Assembly (NCBI GenBank): GCA_965207375.1
Contig: OZ242274.1
Coordinates: forward strand, 1,088,001-1,152,000
Source of the DNA: Nitrosopumilaceae archaeon
GTDB taxonomy: Archaea > Thermoproteota > Nitrososphaeria > Nitrososphaerales > Nitrosopumilaceae
Length of the DNA: 64,000 bases
Direction of reading: 5' to 3'
Part shown: piece after piece, positions 9,486 through 19,468 of the stretch
How positions within the stretch are numbered: the stretch's first letter is position 1
How the letters are laid out: the number at the start of each line of letters is the position of its first letter
The notes under the pieces: model-generated
The model's input: only the letters and a program-made list of their open reading frames with translations
Database searches by the model: none
What the model was told of the DNA's origin: nothing
Position numbers and translations under genes: made by a program

Positions 9486-10358
9486 CTAGACCTGCTTGAA
9501 ATCAAGCATGTTATAAAAATACGATGCATTAGTAGAAACTGCACCCTTTTCTGGAATTTTTTGCAATCCTATCTGTTTAGTTTCTAATGCAGCCTGTACA
9601 GAACCACCTGCAAAGCACAATGCCCACAATGAATCTCTTTCTTTTAGTATAGTACAGGTAAATATGGCACCAAATATGTCTCCGATTCCTGTCGTATCAT
9701 AAACCTCTTTGTTTGGAATCTTCAAAGAGTACATCCTGTTACCGTCTAGCATCGATATTTGGGTTTTGTTGGTACAAAGCACGTATTTTACACCTAGTTT
9801 TTGTAATTTTTTCATACCCTCAATATCTGATCTGCCTACAAGTTTTTCCATCTCTTCGACATTTGCCTTGATTGCAGTTACGCCCAAAAGATCAATATCT
9901 GTTTTTTCTAAAAATATTCTTGACTCTGCATCTACCCTTCTCAAAAATCCTTGGGGATCCAAAAACACAAACTTTGAATTGCCTTTGATTTTATCAAAGG
10001 TCTCAGAAGATATCTCATCCATAACCGGATTAACAATTACTCCATCTGATTTTGATTCCGTATATGAAATGGGTTCGCACCTGTTTGCAATGTACAGCTG
10101 GCGCTCTGTCCCGTCTATGTTGATTTTAAATTGTGTGGTGGGAATACTTGCTAGTGAATCATCATGCTGAATTTTGTGTGCATCTAAATAGTCAGCACTT
10201 GAAAAATCATCTCCGAATTTTGTATGTAAATTTACATCAAACTTGAATTTTCTAGCCGCATGACTACAATAGCATGCAGAGCCTCCTACCTGTTGATATT
10301 TGGAATCGCCAATGTGTATGTCATCAATTGTACAGTGCGCATAAATGTCCAGCTTCAT
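9486..10358 (-). CDS. PfkB-family carbohydrate kinase
   Basis: GGSACY, LDPQG and DTTGIGDIF anion-hole motif. Confidence 0.85.
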   Translation of the reverse strand: MKLDIYAHCTIDDIHIGDSKYQQVGGSACYCSHAARKFKFDVNLHTKFGDDFSSADYLDAHKIQHDDSLASIPTTQFKINIDGTERQLYIANRCEPISYTESKSDGVIVNPVMDEISSETFDKIKGNSKFVFLDPQGFLRRVDAESRIFLEKTDIDLLGVTAIKANVEEMEKLVGRSDIEGMKKLQKLGVKYVLCTNKTQISMLDGNRMYSLKIPNKEVYDTTGIGDIFGAIFTCTILKERDSLWALCFAGGSVQAALETKQIGLQKIPEKGAVSTNASYFYNMLDFKQV

Positions 10359-10377
10359 TTGCTACAAATGATCCATC

Positions 10378-10485
10378 TCAAGATTTAGGGGTTTGCTTTT
10401 TCTTACAGCTTGCACACAATATTTGCCCCTTTCCTGTAATCAACTCGACATTGGAACTAAGACACATGTGACACAGTCCTTTCAT
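10378..10485 (-). CDS. Small Zn-finger protein, 35 aa (MKGLCHMCLSSNVELITGKGQILCASCKKKQTPKS)
   Basis: Read by hand, below the ORF-track cutoff. Two CxxC motifs, co-oriented upstream of the PfkB gene. Confidence 0.65.
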   Translation of the reverse strand: MKGLCHMCLSSNVELITGKGQILCASCKKKQTPKS

Positions 10486-10596
10486 GCTGTTATTTTATAC
10501 GATGATCTTCCATTAAAGAATAGAGGACAAAACGTCTAGTTTGGACTATAAGATATAAACTGCAAGATTATAAGTAGGAAAAAACCATGCCTACCT

Positions 10597-10884
10597 ATGC
10601 CATTAAAACGTGCTAGTAGGGGGCGCACAAAGGGAGGAAAAGGTTCAACAGGCGTTGTACAATGCTCCAACTGCGGTCAGACCGTTCCCAAGGACAAGGC
10701 AAAAAAGGTCACATCTAGATTAAACTTGGTAGAGCACACACTAGCAAAGGAGCTTCGCGCACAGGGCGCATATATTGCATCTCCCAAGGTACTTAACTGG
10801 TATTGTATTTCATGTGCTATTCATTTTAAGATTCTAAAAATTAGATCCGCAGATAATAGACGAAAGCGTGGCAGGCTGCGATAA
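10597..10884 (+). CDS. rps26e: 30S ribosomal protein S26e
   Basis: MPLKRASRGR...CSNCG..VPKDKAKK...YCISCAIH. Confidence 0.95.
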   Translation: MPLKRASRGRTKGGKGSTGVVQCSNCGQTVPKDKAKKVTSRLNLVEHTLAKELRAQGAYIASPKVLNWYCISCAIHFKILKIRSADNRRKRGRLR

Positions 10885-10885
10885 T

Positions 10886-11458
10886 TCAGTCTAACTTTTT
10901 GATAATAGTAACAATTCTTTGAATCAGGGTAATGCCTGCAATTATTATTACAATTATGACTGCAATTTCCATCATTGCAGGAATCATTCCAATTATTGCA
11001 ATTACTAACAACCTTTCTGCCCTTTCGCCAATTCCAATTCCTTGTAATTTTATATTCAGAGCATCTGCCTTTGAGCGAGCATAACTTACCAACAAAGACA
11101 GTGTGATTGCAAGTACAACTAGATGTGGTTCTGCATGACCTCCAACAAGAATTCCCAAAAAGATTGCAACCTCTGCAATCTTGTCAAACATTGAATCCAA
11201 AAATGAGCCCTTGGCCGATGTTTTTTTGGTGACCCTTGCAACCTGTCCATCAACAATATCAAAAAATCCTGAAATCAAAAGCAAAACCCCTCCTAAAATT
11301 AATGCATACTCAAAACCTATGCCGTAAACAATTGCAGAAATAAATGCAAATGCCAACCCGATTGTTGTCCAAAAATTTGGAGACATTCCTGTACCTGCAA
11401 AGATACGTCCTATGCCTTCTAGTGTTGGTTTGAGACGTTCTCTTAGGTTGTTTAGCAT
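10886..11458 (-). CDS. CDP-alcohol phosphatidyltransferase (archaetidylinositol-phosphate synthase-like)
   Basis: DIVDGQVAR...GSFLDSMFD motif and multiple transmembrane segments. Confidence 0.88.
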   Translation of the reverse strand: MLNNLRERLKPTLEGIGRIFAGTGMSPNFWTTIGLAFAFISAIVYGIGFEYALILGGVLLLISGFFDIVDGQVARVTKKTSAKGSFLDSMFDKIAEVAIFLGILVGGHAEPHLVVLAITLSLLVSYARSKADALNIKLQGIGIGERAERLLVIAIIGMIPAMMEIAVIIVIIIAGITLIQRIVTIIKKLD

Positions 11459-11723
11459 GGGATTTTACAAGTTTTGATGTATATATAAAATAGATCCGGC
11501 ATTTGTTCTGTTGGATTGTGTATATTGATTTGCCAAATGATGATGCAAGCCTCTTTACAATGAGACTTTCATTCGTACCCATACATAGGACAAGAGAATA
11601 GCTTTGCTGTGACAATACACTCCATTATAGAAACATCAGAAATTAGATTCAAAAATGCAATTCTTGATAAATGAATCTCACAGACGATTGATTTAATACC
11701 TTTTTAATCCATAATATTACAAT

Positions 11724-11967
11724 TTGGGAATATATGCACAATATCTTGAACAGTTAACCACCTTTGATGAGATCACCGAAGAAAGAAAGAAAATACTCTC
11801 AAAGATTTCTGAGATCAGGGGTAGAGATGTTCTCACATTTGCATCTGACATATCCAAAGGAAAGTCTCCAATAACAATCGAATACTCCGATCTTCTTCCG
11901 GTCCAAGATCAACTAGAAAACTTGTCCGGAAATGCAATCGATATAATACTTGAAACACCGGGAGGTA
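11724..11967 (+). pseudogene. ClpP-fold/S49 (SDH_sah-like) serine protease, truncated by IS630
   Basis: IDIILETPGG motif immediately followed by the IS630 left end. No remainder on the far side of the IS. Confidence 0.75.
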
Positions 11968-13404
11968 TAGCGATGCGCAAAAGTTCCTACCCAGCGATTC
12001 TACACAGGACTACGCCAGCACATACAAAATAATGAGAAATCACGCCTGATTTTTTCCAAACTGTACAAAAAAAATACACAAGGTAAGAAAATATCTGCAA
12101 GAACAGTAAAAGATCAGATCGATTTAATCCAAACATGAAAGAGGCCAAGCTCTTATCTGATATACGCAGAACCGAAAAGGAAGGACGTCGTGCCCGAAGA
12201 TTAAGTATGTTAATCGTACTTGCAAATATGGATTACATAGTCACAGCAGCTGCTGTCACATATAGATGCAACAGAAAAACAGTATCACTGTGGCGTGACA
12301 GAAGAATTCAATACGGAAACAACATAAGTAAAATACTCGAGGCACTTTCAGACAGACCTAGGTCAGGCAGACCTACAAAGATAAGCAAAAAACATCTAGA
12401 CAAAGCCAAATCATGGTGTGACATACGCACATTTACGCCAATAGAGATGCAAAATTATCTTGAAAAAATTTCAGGAGTCAAGTTGAGTCTATCACAGACA
12501 AGACGATACATCAAAAAGTGGGGACACTCTTGCAAAAAAACATCTCCCCTGCACATCAAAAGAGCATCACCTGAATCTGTAGCAAAATGGTATACAAGCA
12601 GCATGGGCAAAGTGAGATACTATGCAAAGCAAGGATATGCAATAGCTACCATGGATGAGTCCCACTTTAAGGACGCAGTGCTTTCTACAAAATACTGGGC
12701 AAAGAGAGGCCTTTGCATATTCATGCCATGGTCAGGCGGACACCACAGATTCTCAATGCTGTGTACTATAACTGATAATGGCAAGCACTTTTTCAATCAT
12801 ACAGACAAAGTAAACACTGACAGCTTTTTAGAGCACATTGAAAAAGTATACCAAAAGGTGGGCAAGATGGTATTGTTTTTGGATGAGGCACCCTGGCATG
12901 CATCTATTGGTGCACAAGAATTTTTCGAAAAACGAGACATTGTATTGATATGGTATCCTGTGGGTCATCCGTATCTTAATCCCGTAGAGGAGATCTGGAG
13001 TGTACTCAAGCGTACAATTGATTACTCTATACGATACTCAGACATCAAGACACATTTGACAGCAGTATACGGATTTATCAAAAAATATGAGTTTGATTAT
13101 GATTTAAAAAAACATTGGAAGAGAAAACCTCCTGCTGGTATAATGCGACCCTTTGTGCGCTCTGACACAAAACACAATGATAGGATCCAGGCATTACAGG
13201 TAAGCAGTAAGCCAAGAAATCGTAACTGAACTATACATGTATTGATGGTTTGTACAATTGTTGTATGTATTTACAAAATGATACCGTGTGGAATCATCAT
13301 GCTGTCTTTGCTTAATCTTGGTGTATTGTGTAAGTTGTGTAAGATTTTATTCCTGCGTCTAGTTTGCTGATTTTGTGCTGGGTACGAACTTTTGCGCATC
13401 GCTA
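11968..13404 (+). mobile_element. IS630-family insertion sequence
   Basis: 28-bp TIRs TAGCGATGCGCAAAAGTTC(C/G)TACCCAGC (11968-11995, 13377-13404), each flanked by TA. Confidence 0.92.
12135..13229 (+). CDS. IS630 transposase
   Basis: HTH with RSGRP. DDE triad MDES / FLDEAPWH / LNPVEEIW. Confidence 0.93.
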   Translation: MKEAKLLSDIRRTEKEGRRARRLSMLIVLANMDYIVTAAAVTYRCNRKTVSLWRDRRIQYGNNISKILEALSDRPRSGRPTKISKKHLDKAKSWCDIRTFTPIEMQNYLEKISGVKLSLSQTRRYIKKWGHSCKKTSPLHIKRASPESVAKWYTSSMGKVRYYAKQGYAIATMDESHFKDAVLSTKYWAKRGLCIFMPWSGGHHRFSMLCTITDNGKHFFNHTDKVNTDSFLEHIEKVYQKVGKMVLFLDEAPWHASIGAQEFFEKRDIVLIWYPVGHPYLNPVEEIWSVLKRTIDYSIRYSDIKTHLTAVYGFIKKYEFDYDLKKHWKRKPPAGIMRPFVRSDTKHNDRIQALQVSSKPRNRN

Positions 13405-14210
13405 TATGTCTTTTTTATGGTTTCTTTTTTCAGGCTTTTTGTAAATGATGCAACCTCTGTCTCTATTTTTGCCTGTGGTGTTTTTTCAATTAATTTTAAA
13501 AGTGCACTACCAACTATTACTGCGTCAGCTCCTGCTCGAACATATTTTTTTACATCTAGAGGAGTTGAGACTCCAAATCCGACTCCTACCGGAATCTTTC
13601 CACCTGTCTGCCTTTTGACATTCTTTATTGCCTGTATGGTATAATTTTTGATTCCTGTATTTGTCCCTGTTGTGCCATACACTGCCACAAGATACAAAAA
13701 TCCTGATGTCACCTTTGCAATTTTTCGTATTCTAGCGCTATCTGTATTTGGCGAAATTAGAAAAATCGTATCTGCATTGTCTTTTGCAGCCTTGAGATAT
13801 TGGGCCGACTCTTCAATTGACATGTCTGGCAAAATGAATCCGTCAATTCCTGCCTTTTTTGCCATGCTGATAAATTTACTATATCCCTTGTGATACAGTA
13901 TGTTTGTATATGTCATTAAAACTAGGGGGATATCTGTCTGCTTTCTGATTTTTTTAACAATTTCAAAAAACCTCCCAGTCGTAACTCCTCTTTTTAGTGA
14001 TATAGTACCTGCATTTTGAATAACCGGCCCGTCTGCCAAGGGATCTGAGAAAGGAAATCCCAACTCAATAATATCTGCTCCTCCTCTGATAAGACCATTG
14101 ACTGCTGACATTGTGACCCTCTCATTTGGAAATCCTACCATGGTATAGCAAATCAGAGCTCTTTGGTGCCTTGATTCTAATTCCTTGAATTTTTCTTCAA
14201 TTTTTGACAT
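13359..14210 (-). CDS. trpA: Tryptophan synthase alpha chain
   Basis: [22 protein letters not shown] and ADAVIVGSA motifs. The last ~15 codons lie inside the IS630 end. Confidence 0.96.
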   Translation of the reverse strand: MSKIEEKFKELESRHQRALICYTMVGFPNERVTMSAVNGLIRGGADIIELGFPFSDPLADGPVIQNAGTISLKRGVTTGRFFEIVKKIRKQTDIPLVLMTYTNILYHKGYSKFISMAKKAGIDGFILPDMSIEESAQYLKAAKDNADTIFLISPNTDSARIRKIAKVTSGFLYLVAVYGTTGTNTGIKNYTIQAIKNVKRQTGGKIPVGVGFGVSTPLDVKKYVRAGADAVIVGSALLKLIEKTPQAKIETEVASFTKSLKKETIKKTYSDAQKFVPSTKSAN

Positions 14211-15381
14211 TATCCAAGTACTCCTGTACTACCTCCACGTCCTTGTCCCCTCTGCCAGATAATGTAACCACTATTGACTCTGATTTTTTTGATTTTTTTG
14301 CAACATTGATTGCCTCTGCAATTGCATGTGATGATTCCAATGCAGGAATGATGCCTTCAGTTTGTGTCAATTTTAAAAACGCATCAACTACTTGCTTGTC
14401 TGTGGCACTGTGATATTTTACACGATTAATCTCCTTTAGATGCGCATGTTCAGGACCCACCCCTGGATAATCAAGTCCTGCTGAAATACTGTGCGTCTCC
14501 TTTATCTGACCTTGTTCATCCTGTAGCAGATAAGTCATCATTCCATGTAAAACCCCTCTGCTTCCTGCAGACAGCGTGGCTGAGTGATACTGTGTATTGA
14601 GTCCTTGACCTGCTGCCTCTACACCGATGATGTCTGCATCTGTATCTATCATTGGATAAAACGTACCTATCGCATTTGATCCTCCACCAACACATGCAAT
14701 TACGGTGTCTGGCACTGTTGAAATTGCTTTCATTTGCTGTTTGATCTCTTGGCCTATTATTGCCTGAAAATCTCGTACCATGACAGGATACGGATGCGGT
14801 CCTACGGCAGAACCTAGTAGATAGTATGTGGATTTTACGTTTGTAATCCAGTCTCTTATTGCCTCATTGATTGCATCCTTTAACGTCTGGGAACCTGCTT
14901 TTACGGGATGAACCTTTGAACCAAGCAGATTCATTCTAAACACGTTGAGTTTTTGCCGTATGGTGTCTTTGTAGCCCATGTATACCTCTGCCTTCATTCC
15001 AAGTGCTGCACACGCCATGGCAGTTGCCACTCCATGTTGGCCTGCCCCTGTTTCTGCAATGATTCTTTTTTTCTTCATTCTTTTGGCCAAAAGTGCCTGA
15101 CCTAGGGTATTGTTGATTTTGTGTGCCCCACCATGAAGCAAGTCTTCTCGCTTTAGGTATATTTTTGCCCCACCTATTTTCTCTGTCAGGTTTTTGGCAT
15201 AATACAAAGGCGTGGGTCTTCCTGCATATTCTCTAAGATAATGAGTCAACTCACTTTTGAATTCTTTGTCGTTTTTAATTTTAAGATAATTTTCCTCTAG
15301 TTCCTTGATTGCAGGTACTAGTGTTTCTGGTATGTATCTTCCACCAAACTCTCCAAACCTTCCATCCTTGGGATATCTCAA
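14197..15381 (-). CDS. trpB: Tryptophan synthase beta chain
   Basis: [37 protein letters not shown] and LSGRGDKD motifs. Confidence 0.97.
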   Translation of the reverse strand: MRYPKDGRFGEFGGRYIPETLVPAIKELEENYLKIKNDKEFKSELTHYLREYAGRPTPLYYAKNLTEKIGGAKIYLKREDLLHGGAHKINNTLGQALLAKRMKKKRIIAETGAGQHGVATAMACAALGMKAEVYMGYKDTIRQKLNVFRMNLLGSKVHPVKAGSQTLKDAINEAIRDWITNVKSTYYLLGSAVGPHPYPVMVRDFQAIIGQEIKQQMKAISTVPDTVIACVGGGSNAIGTFYPMIDTDADIIGVEAAGQGLNTQYHSATLSAGSRGVLHGMMTYLLQDEQGQIKETHSISAGLDYPGVGPEHAHLKEINRVKYHSATDKQVVDAFLKLTQTEGIIPALESSHAIAEAINVAKKSKKSESIVVTLSGRGDKDVEVVQEYLDNVKN

Positions 15382-16154
15382 TACGAATTCACCAATTTCC
15401 TCACATGCTCTTTGATATTATCGCTTTTCATTACGCTAGAGCCTACCAGAAATGCGTCTGCCCCGCATTTTTTCAGATATTGAATGTCTTTGGGCGTGTT
15501 TATGCCGCTTTCTGAGAGTATGGGTATAGTCTTTTCAAACCCGTCTAGTATGTGCCGTGTGGTGTTTAGATCTATTTTTAGCGTGTCTAGATCCCGATTG
15601 TTGATTCCAACCAAATCTGCATCCGTTTTTAACGCATTTTCTAATTCTATTCTTGTATGGGCCTCTACTAGTATTTTGAGTCCCTTTTTGTGACCGTATC
15701 GTATCAGCTCATCGATTCCGTCTAAATATCCCTTGTCAAATAACGACTGGATTAATAAAATATAGTCTGCTCCAATTTTTTGGCCTGCATCTATTTGTAT
15801 TTTATCAATTATGATATCCTTCATTAGCAATGGGACATTTACTGCATCTCTTACCTTGATAAAGTATTGAGGTGATCCACTGAAAAGATATGGCTGTGTC
15901 AAAACAGACAGTGCCTTTGAGCCTCCAGATACCATCTGCCTTGCAATTAGTGCGGGATCTGATGCCGTCCTGATTTTGCCTAGCGACGGAGATGCAAATT
16001 TTATCTCAGTAATTAGTGTGGCATGCGGATTTGTCCTGATGATACCTGTAAGATCTTGGGTAGATTTTTTCATATTTGCAGATACCTCGTATACTCCGTC
16101 ATCTATTGCAGCCTGAGAATTGTTAACTAGTTTTTTGAGAATATTTTCTGTCAA
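15378..16154 (-). CDS. trpC: Indole-3-glycerol phosphate synthase
   Basis: [21 protein letters not shown] and SESGI motifs. Confidence 0.95.
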   Translation of the reverse strand: MTENILKKLVNNSQAAIDDGVYEVSANMKKSTQDLTGIIRTNPHATLITEIKFASPSLGKIRTASDPALIARQMVSGGSKALSVLTQPYLFSGSPQYFIKVRDAVNVPLLMKDIIIDKIQIDAGQKIGADYILLIQSLFDKGYLDGIDELIRYGHKKGLKILVEAHTRIELENALKTDADLVGINNRDLDTLKIDLNTTRHILDGFEKTIPILSESGINTPKDIQYLKKCGADAFLVGSSVMKSDNIKEHVRKLVNSY

Positions 16155-17194
16155 TCTGTCACCTCTTTTAATTTTTTGAGATCTCCTGTATCTCGAACAA
16201 ACTCCTCTAATAGCCTGTATGCACGTCCGCTCTTTATTGTGTGTAGTGCAGTCTGTACTGCCTCCTTGAAATCATCTTCAACATTTGCTACAATCAACCC
16301 GCCTGCTGCATTGAGGGCCGTAGTTTCAATCATTGCCTGGTTGGCAGTGTTGTTTAGTACTGTAACAAATGATTTTATCGCATCCTGTTTTGTTTTAATT
16401 TGAATCTGACTCATTGATGACTTGTGCAATCCTACCGTTTCAGGATCCACAGAATCGGTCAAAATTTTACCGTCTTTTAGAATTGCTATTTTGTTTGCAG
16501 CACTAGTTGAGAATTCATCCATTCCATCATCTGATATGACCGTCATTATGTTTTGTGCCCCCTTTTGTCCTAGTATTGTAGGCAGTCTGCACAAAAAATC
16601 AGCCGAGGATACGCCGACTAGTTGGTTTTTTACCCCTGCTGGATTACACAGCGGACCTAATAGATTAAACGCCGTTCTTTTTGCAATCTGCTTTCTTGCA
16701 AAAGACACATGTTTCATTGCAGGGTGAAATTTTTGTGCAAACATAAAACAAATTCTATGTTTCTCTAGGATTTGTGCAATTGACGCAGGCCCCTGATTCA
16801 GATCATATCCAAAATATTCAAAAATATCTGCACTGCCTGATACTCCTGAACTTGAACGATTACCGTGCTTTGCAACAGTTCCGCCTGCTGCAGCAACTAC
16901 AAATGATGCCGTGGTAGATACATTAAATGTTTGAAGTCTGTCTCCTCCGGTACCGCACATGTCAATTATGGTGCTGTGATTTTTAGGCTCAATTTTGAGT
17001 GAATATTCTTGCATTTTGTCTAGCATTGCCAATAGTTCATCGTCAGTTTCCCCCTTTGTTGCAAGCTTTGACAAAAATTGGATATTTTCGTCATCACTTG
17101 TTTTTCCAGATAAAATCTCTGTCATGATTTGATTCATTTGATTATAGCTCAGACTGGTTTTTTCCTGTAGCATTGAGATCATATCTGATATCAT
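16151..17194 (-). CDS. trpD: Anthranilate phosphoribosyltransferase
   Basis: DMCGTGGD, NVST, KHGNRS and FNLLGPL motifs. Confidence 0.96.
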   Translation of the reverse strand: MISDMISMLQEKTSLSYNQMNQIMTEILSGKTSDDENIQFLSKLATKGETDDELLAMLDKMQEYSLKIEPKNHSTIIDMCGTGGDRLQTFNVSTTASFVVAAAGGTVAKHGNRSSSGVSGSADIFEYFGYDLNQGPASIAQILEKHRICFMFAQKFHPAMKHVSFARKQIAKRTAFNLLGPLCNPAGVKNQLVGVSSADFLCRLPTILGQKGAQNIMTVISDDGMDEFSTSAANKIAILKDGKILTDSVDPETVGLHKSSMSQIQIKTKQDAIKSFVTVLNNTANQAMIETTALNAAGGLIVANVEDDFKEAVQTALHTIKSGRAYRLLEEFVRDTGDLKKLKEVTD

Positions 17195-17778
17195 TGTTTT
17201 ACCTCCTCTATGAAATTGCTCAGGATTTTTTTGCCCTCTTGCGTCATAATTGATTCGGGATGAAACTGAACTCCCTCTATGAGATAGTTTCGGTGTCGTA
17301 TTGCCATGATTTCACCGTCATCTTCTGCAGTTGCAGTTACCTCCAAAATGTTTGGAATTACAGTCTTGTCTCCAACTAGTGAGTGATACCTTGTGGCTCT
17401 AAATGGATTCTTTACTCCTTTGAATAATTTTGAATTTTTGTGACGTACGGGACTGGTTTTTCCATGTCTTACACATCCTGCATTTGTGACCTTGCCTCCA
17501 AATGCGTGTATGATGCCCTGATGTCCTAGACACACTCCGAGTATTGGTTTTGTCGGCCCCATCTCTCTGATAACCTCACTACATACTCCAAAATATTTTT
17601 TATCTTCAGGTGTTCCGGGACCCGGTGAAATTATTATTGCATCATAATTTTTTACCTTGATATCTGTTAATGTTATTTTGTCGTTTCTTATGACATCTGA
17701 ATCCACTCCCAACTCACCTAGGTACTGTGCTATATTGTATACAAATGAGTCATAATTGTCAATGATTAAAAATCTCAT
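17191..17778 (-). CDS. trpG: Anthranilate synthase component II
   Basis: IDNYDSF, SPGPG, GVCLGHQ, RYHSL and QFHPES motifs. Confidence 0.95.
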   Translation of the reverse strand: MRFLIIDNYDSFVYNIAQYLGELGVDSDVIRNDKITLTDIKVKNYDAIIISPGPGTPEDKKYFGVCSEVIREMGPTKPILGVCLGHQGIIHAFGGKVTNAGCVRHGKTSPVRHKNSKLFKGVKNPFRATRYHSLVGDKTVIPNILEVTATAEDDGEIMAIRHRNYLIEGVQFHPESIMTQEGKKILSNFIEEVKQ

Positions 17779-19124
17779 GATGTCTCCTTTAATGACTGAA
17801 TCATTGCATCTGCCTTGTGTTGTGTCTCTTTGAACTCGCTTTCTGGAACCGAATCTGAAACAATGCCTGCCCCAGACTGGACAAATCCAGAATTTCCATC
17901 AATGAATATGCTTCTTATGGCTATTGCAAAATCACAGCATCCATTAAACGAAAAATATCCTACAGCCCCCGCATATGTGCCCCTTGCCTCTGATTCTAAC
18001 TCATCTATTATTTGCATGGCTCGAACCTTTGGAGCTCCTGATACAGTACCTGCCGGAAAAACTGCCTTGAATGCATCAAACATGTCCTTTTTGGAATCTA
18101 GTGTTCCAACAACGTGTGTAACTATGTGCTGAACATGACTGAATCGTTTGATTTTCATCAATTCCTCAGGATGTACAGTTCCGTATCTGCAAACTCTTCC
18201 AATGTCATTTCTTCCCAAATCTACAAGCATTGTGTGCTCTGCTAATTCCTTTTGGTCCGACAGCAGCTCGGCTGCTAGCTCTTGGTTTGTTTGCTCATCG
18301 TCTGTAACCTTTTTGGTTCCTGCAATTGGAAATGTTTCAACCTTGTTTTGCGTAACTCTTACTAGCATCTCAGGTGATGCTCCAATTATTGTTTTGGTGT
18401 TGTGTTTTAGATGATACATGTAAGGTGAAGGATTTAGACTTCTCAAGGTTTTATACAGTGTTAGATTGTCCCCATTTGCCTCAAAGTTGAATTTTCTAGA
18501 CAATACGACTTGAAAAATATCTCCATCGTGTATGTATTGTTTTGCCTTTTTGACAATAGTTGAAAATTTTTGTTCATCTGCGTTTGGAACAATCTCTGAT
18601 GCTCTAAACTCTTTGAATTCTCCTTGTGATATTTTGAACTGCTCAAATCTGTTTTGATCATAATAAAAATAAAATAATTTCTCATGTAAATTATCATACA
18701 ACAATCCATCGTCATAAATCCCAAATTCCATTAATGGTTCTATTGTATCATGTGAATCTGCAATGTCCTCTACTAGTCTAATGGCATCATAGTTTACAAC
18801 TCCTACTGCCCCACCTAGATATCTGTATGATTGTTCGTCGTTATTTCCCAACAGTTTTTTTAGCTCAGAAAATGGATCACTTGTTTTTACCGTCTTGATT
18901 TTACCTTCTTTGGAGATTATCTTGACTTTGTCAGAGTATCCCTTTAGAATTATTTTGGGATCAAATCCCATTACTGAGGTTTCTGCAAGCTTTTCTGGCC
19001 CTGTTAGTGATTCGAACAAAAACGAATGTGAATAGTTGCGAGAGATTTTATTGTAAATTTGAAACTGGTTTTCAGATAACTCTAGAGGTATTATTTTTGG
19101 TTGGGAATTTCCAAAGGTATCCAC
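17775..19124 (-). CDS. trpE: Anthranilate synthase component I
   Basis: GDIFQVVLSR, NPSPY, ASPE, EHTMLVDLGRND and PAGTVSGAPK motifs. Confidence 0.96.
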   Translation of the reverse strand: MDTFGNSQPKIIPLELSENQFQIYNKISRNYSHSFLFESLTGPEKLAETSVMGFDPKIILKGYSDKVKIISKEGKIKTVKTSDPFSELKKLLGNNDEQSYRYLGGAVGVVNYDAIRLVEDIADSHDTIEPLMEFGIYDDGLLYDNLHEKLFYFYYDQNRFEQFKISQGEFKEFRASEIVPNADEQKFSTIVKKAKQYIHDGDIFQVVLSRKFNFEANGDNLTLYKTLRSLNPSPYMYHLKHNTKTIIGASPEMLVRVTQNKVETFPIAGTKKVTDDEQTNQELAAELLSDQKELAEHTMLVDLGRNDIGRVCRYGTVHPEELMKIKRFSHVQHIVTHVVGTLDSKKDMFDAFKAVFPAGTVSGAPKVRAMQIIDELESEARGTYAGAVGYFSFNGCCDFAIAIRSIFIDGNSGFVQSGAGIVSDSVPESEFKETQHKADAMIQSLKETS

Positions 19125-19198
19125 CCATAAACAAAATTACAGTCAAATATTATTTAAGTTGTAGAGTTTTTTACCTCGATATTCTGCCTAGATTACGT

Positions 19199-19226
19199 TA
19201 CCGTACCGGTACGGTACCTTTATATC
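19199..19226 (+). promoter_or_regulatory. Perfect 18-bp palindrome TACCGTACCGGTACGGTA abutting TATA-like TTTATAT
   Basis: Palindrome at 19199-19216. The TATA-like box lies ~25 bp upstream of the ATG at 19248. Confidence 0.6.
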
Positions 19227-19247
19227 ATATTTGATCGCATGTATATC

Positions 19248-19409
19248 ATGCAGGTATTATCTATTTACAGGCCAACGTTGAGCAAATCCTCTGCTCATAG
19301 GGTAGGGTGTCATGTATGTGGAAAGGGATTAGAGGACGGCTTTTCTGTAACTGCTAAAACAATTCGCAATGATATTGTATTATTTTGTGATGCACACTAC
19401 AAAATCTAG
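19248..19409 (+). CDS. Small metal-binding protein, 53 aa (CHVC...CDAH)
   Basis: Read by hand: MQVLSIYRPTLSKSSAHRVGCHVCGKGLEDGFSVTAKTIRNDIVLFCDAHYKI. TATA box at a plausible distance. Confidence 0.7.
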   Translation: MQVLSIYRPTLSKSSAHRVGCHVCGKGLEDGFSVTAKTIRNDIVLFCDAHYKI

Positions 19410-19468
19410 TCTACGTCTTACTAATCACAAACAACTAGGATTATAATTGTAAAATATCTAAAATCTTT

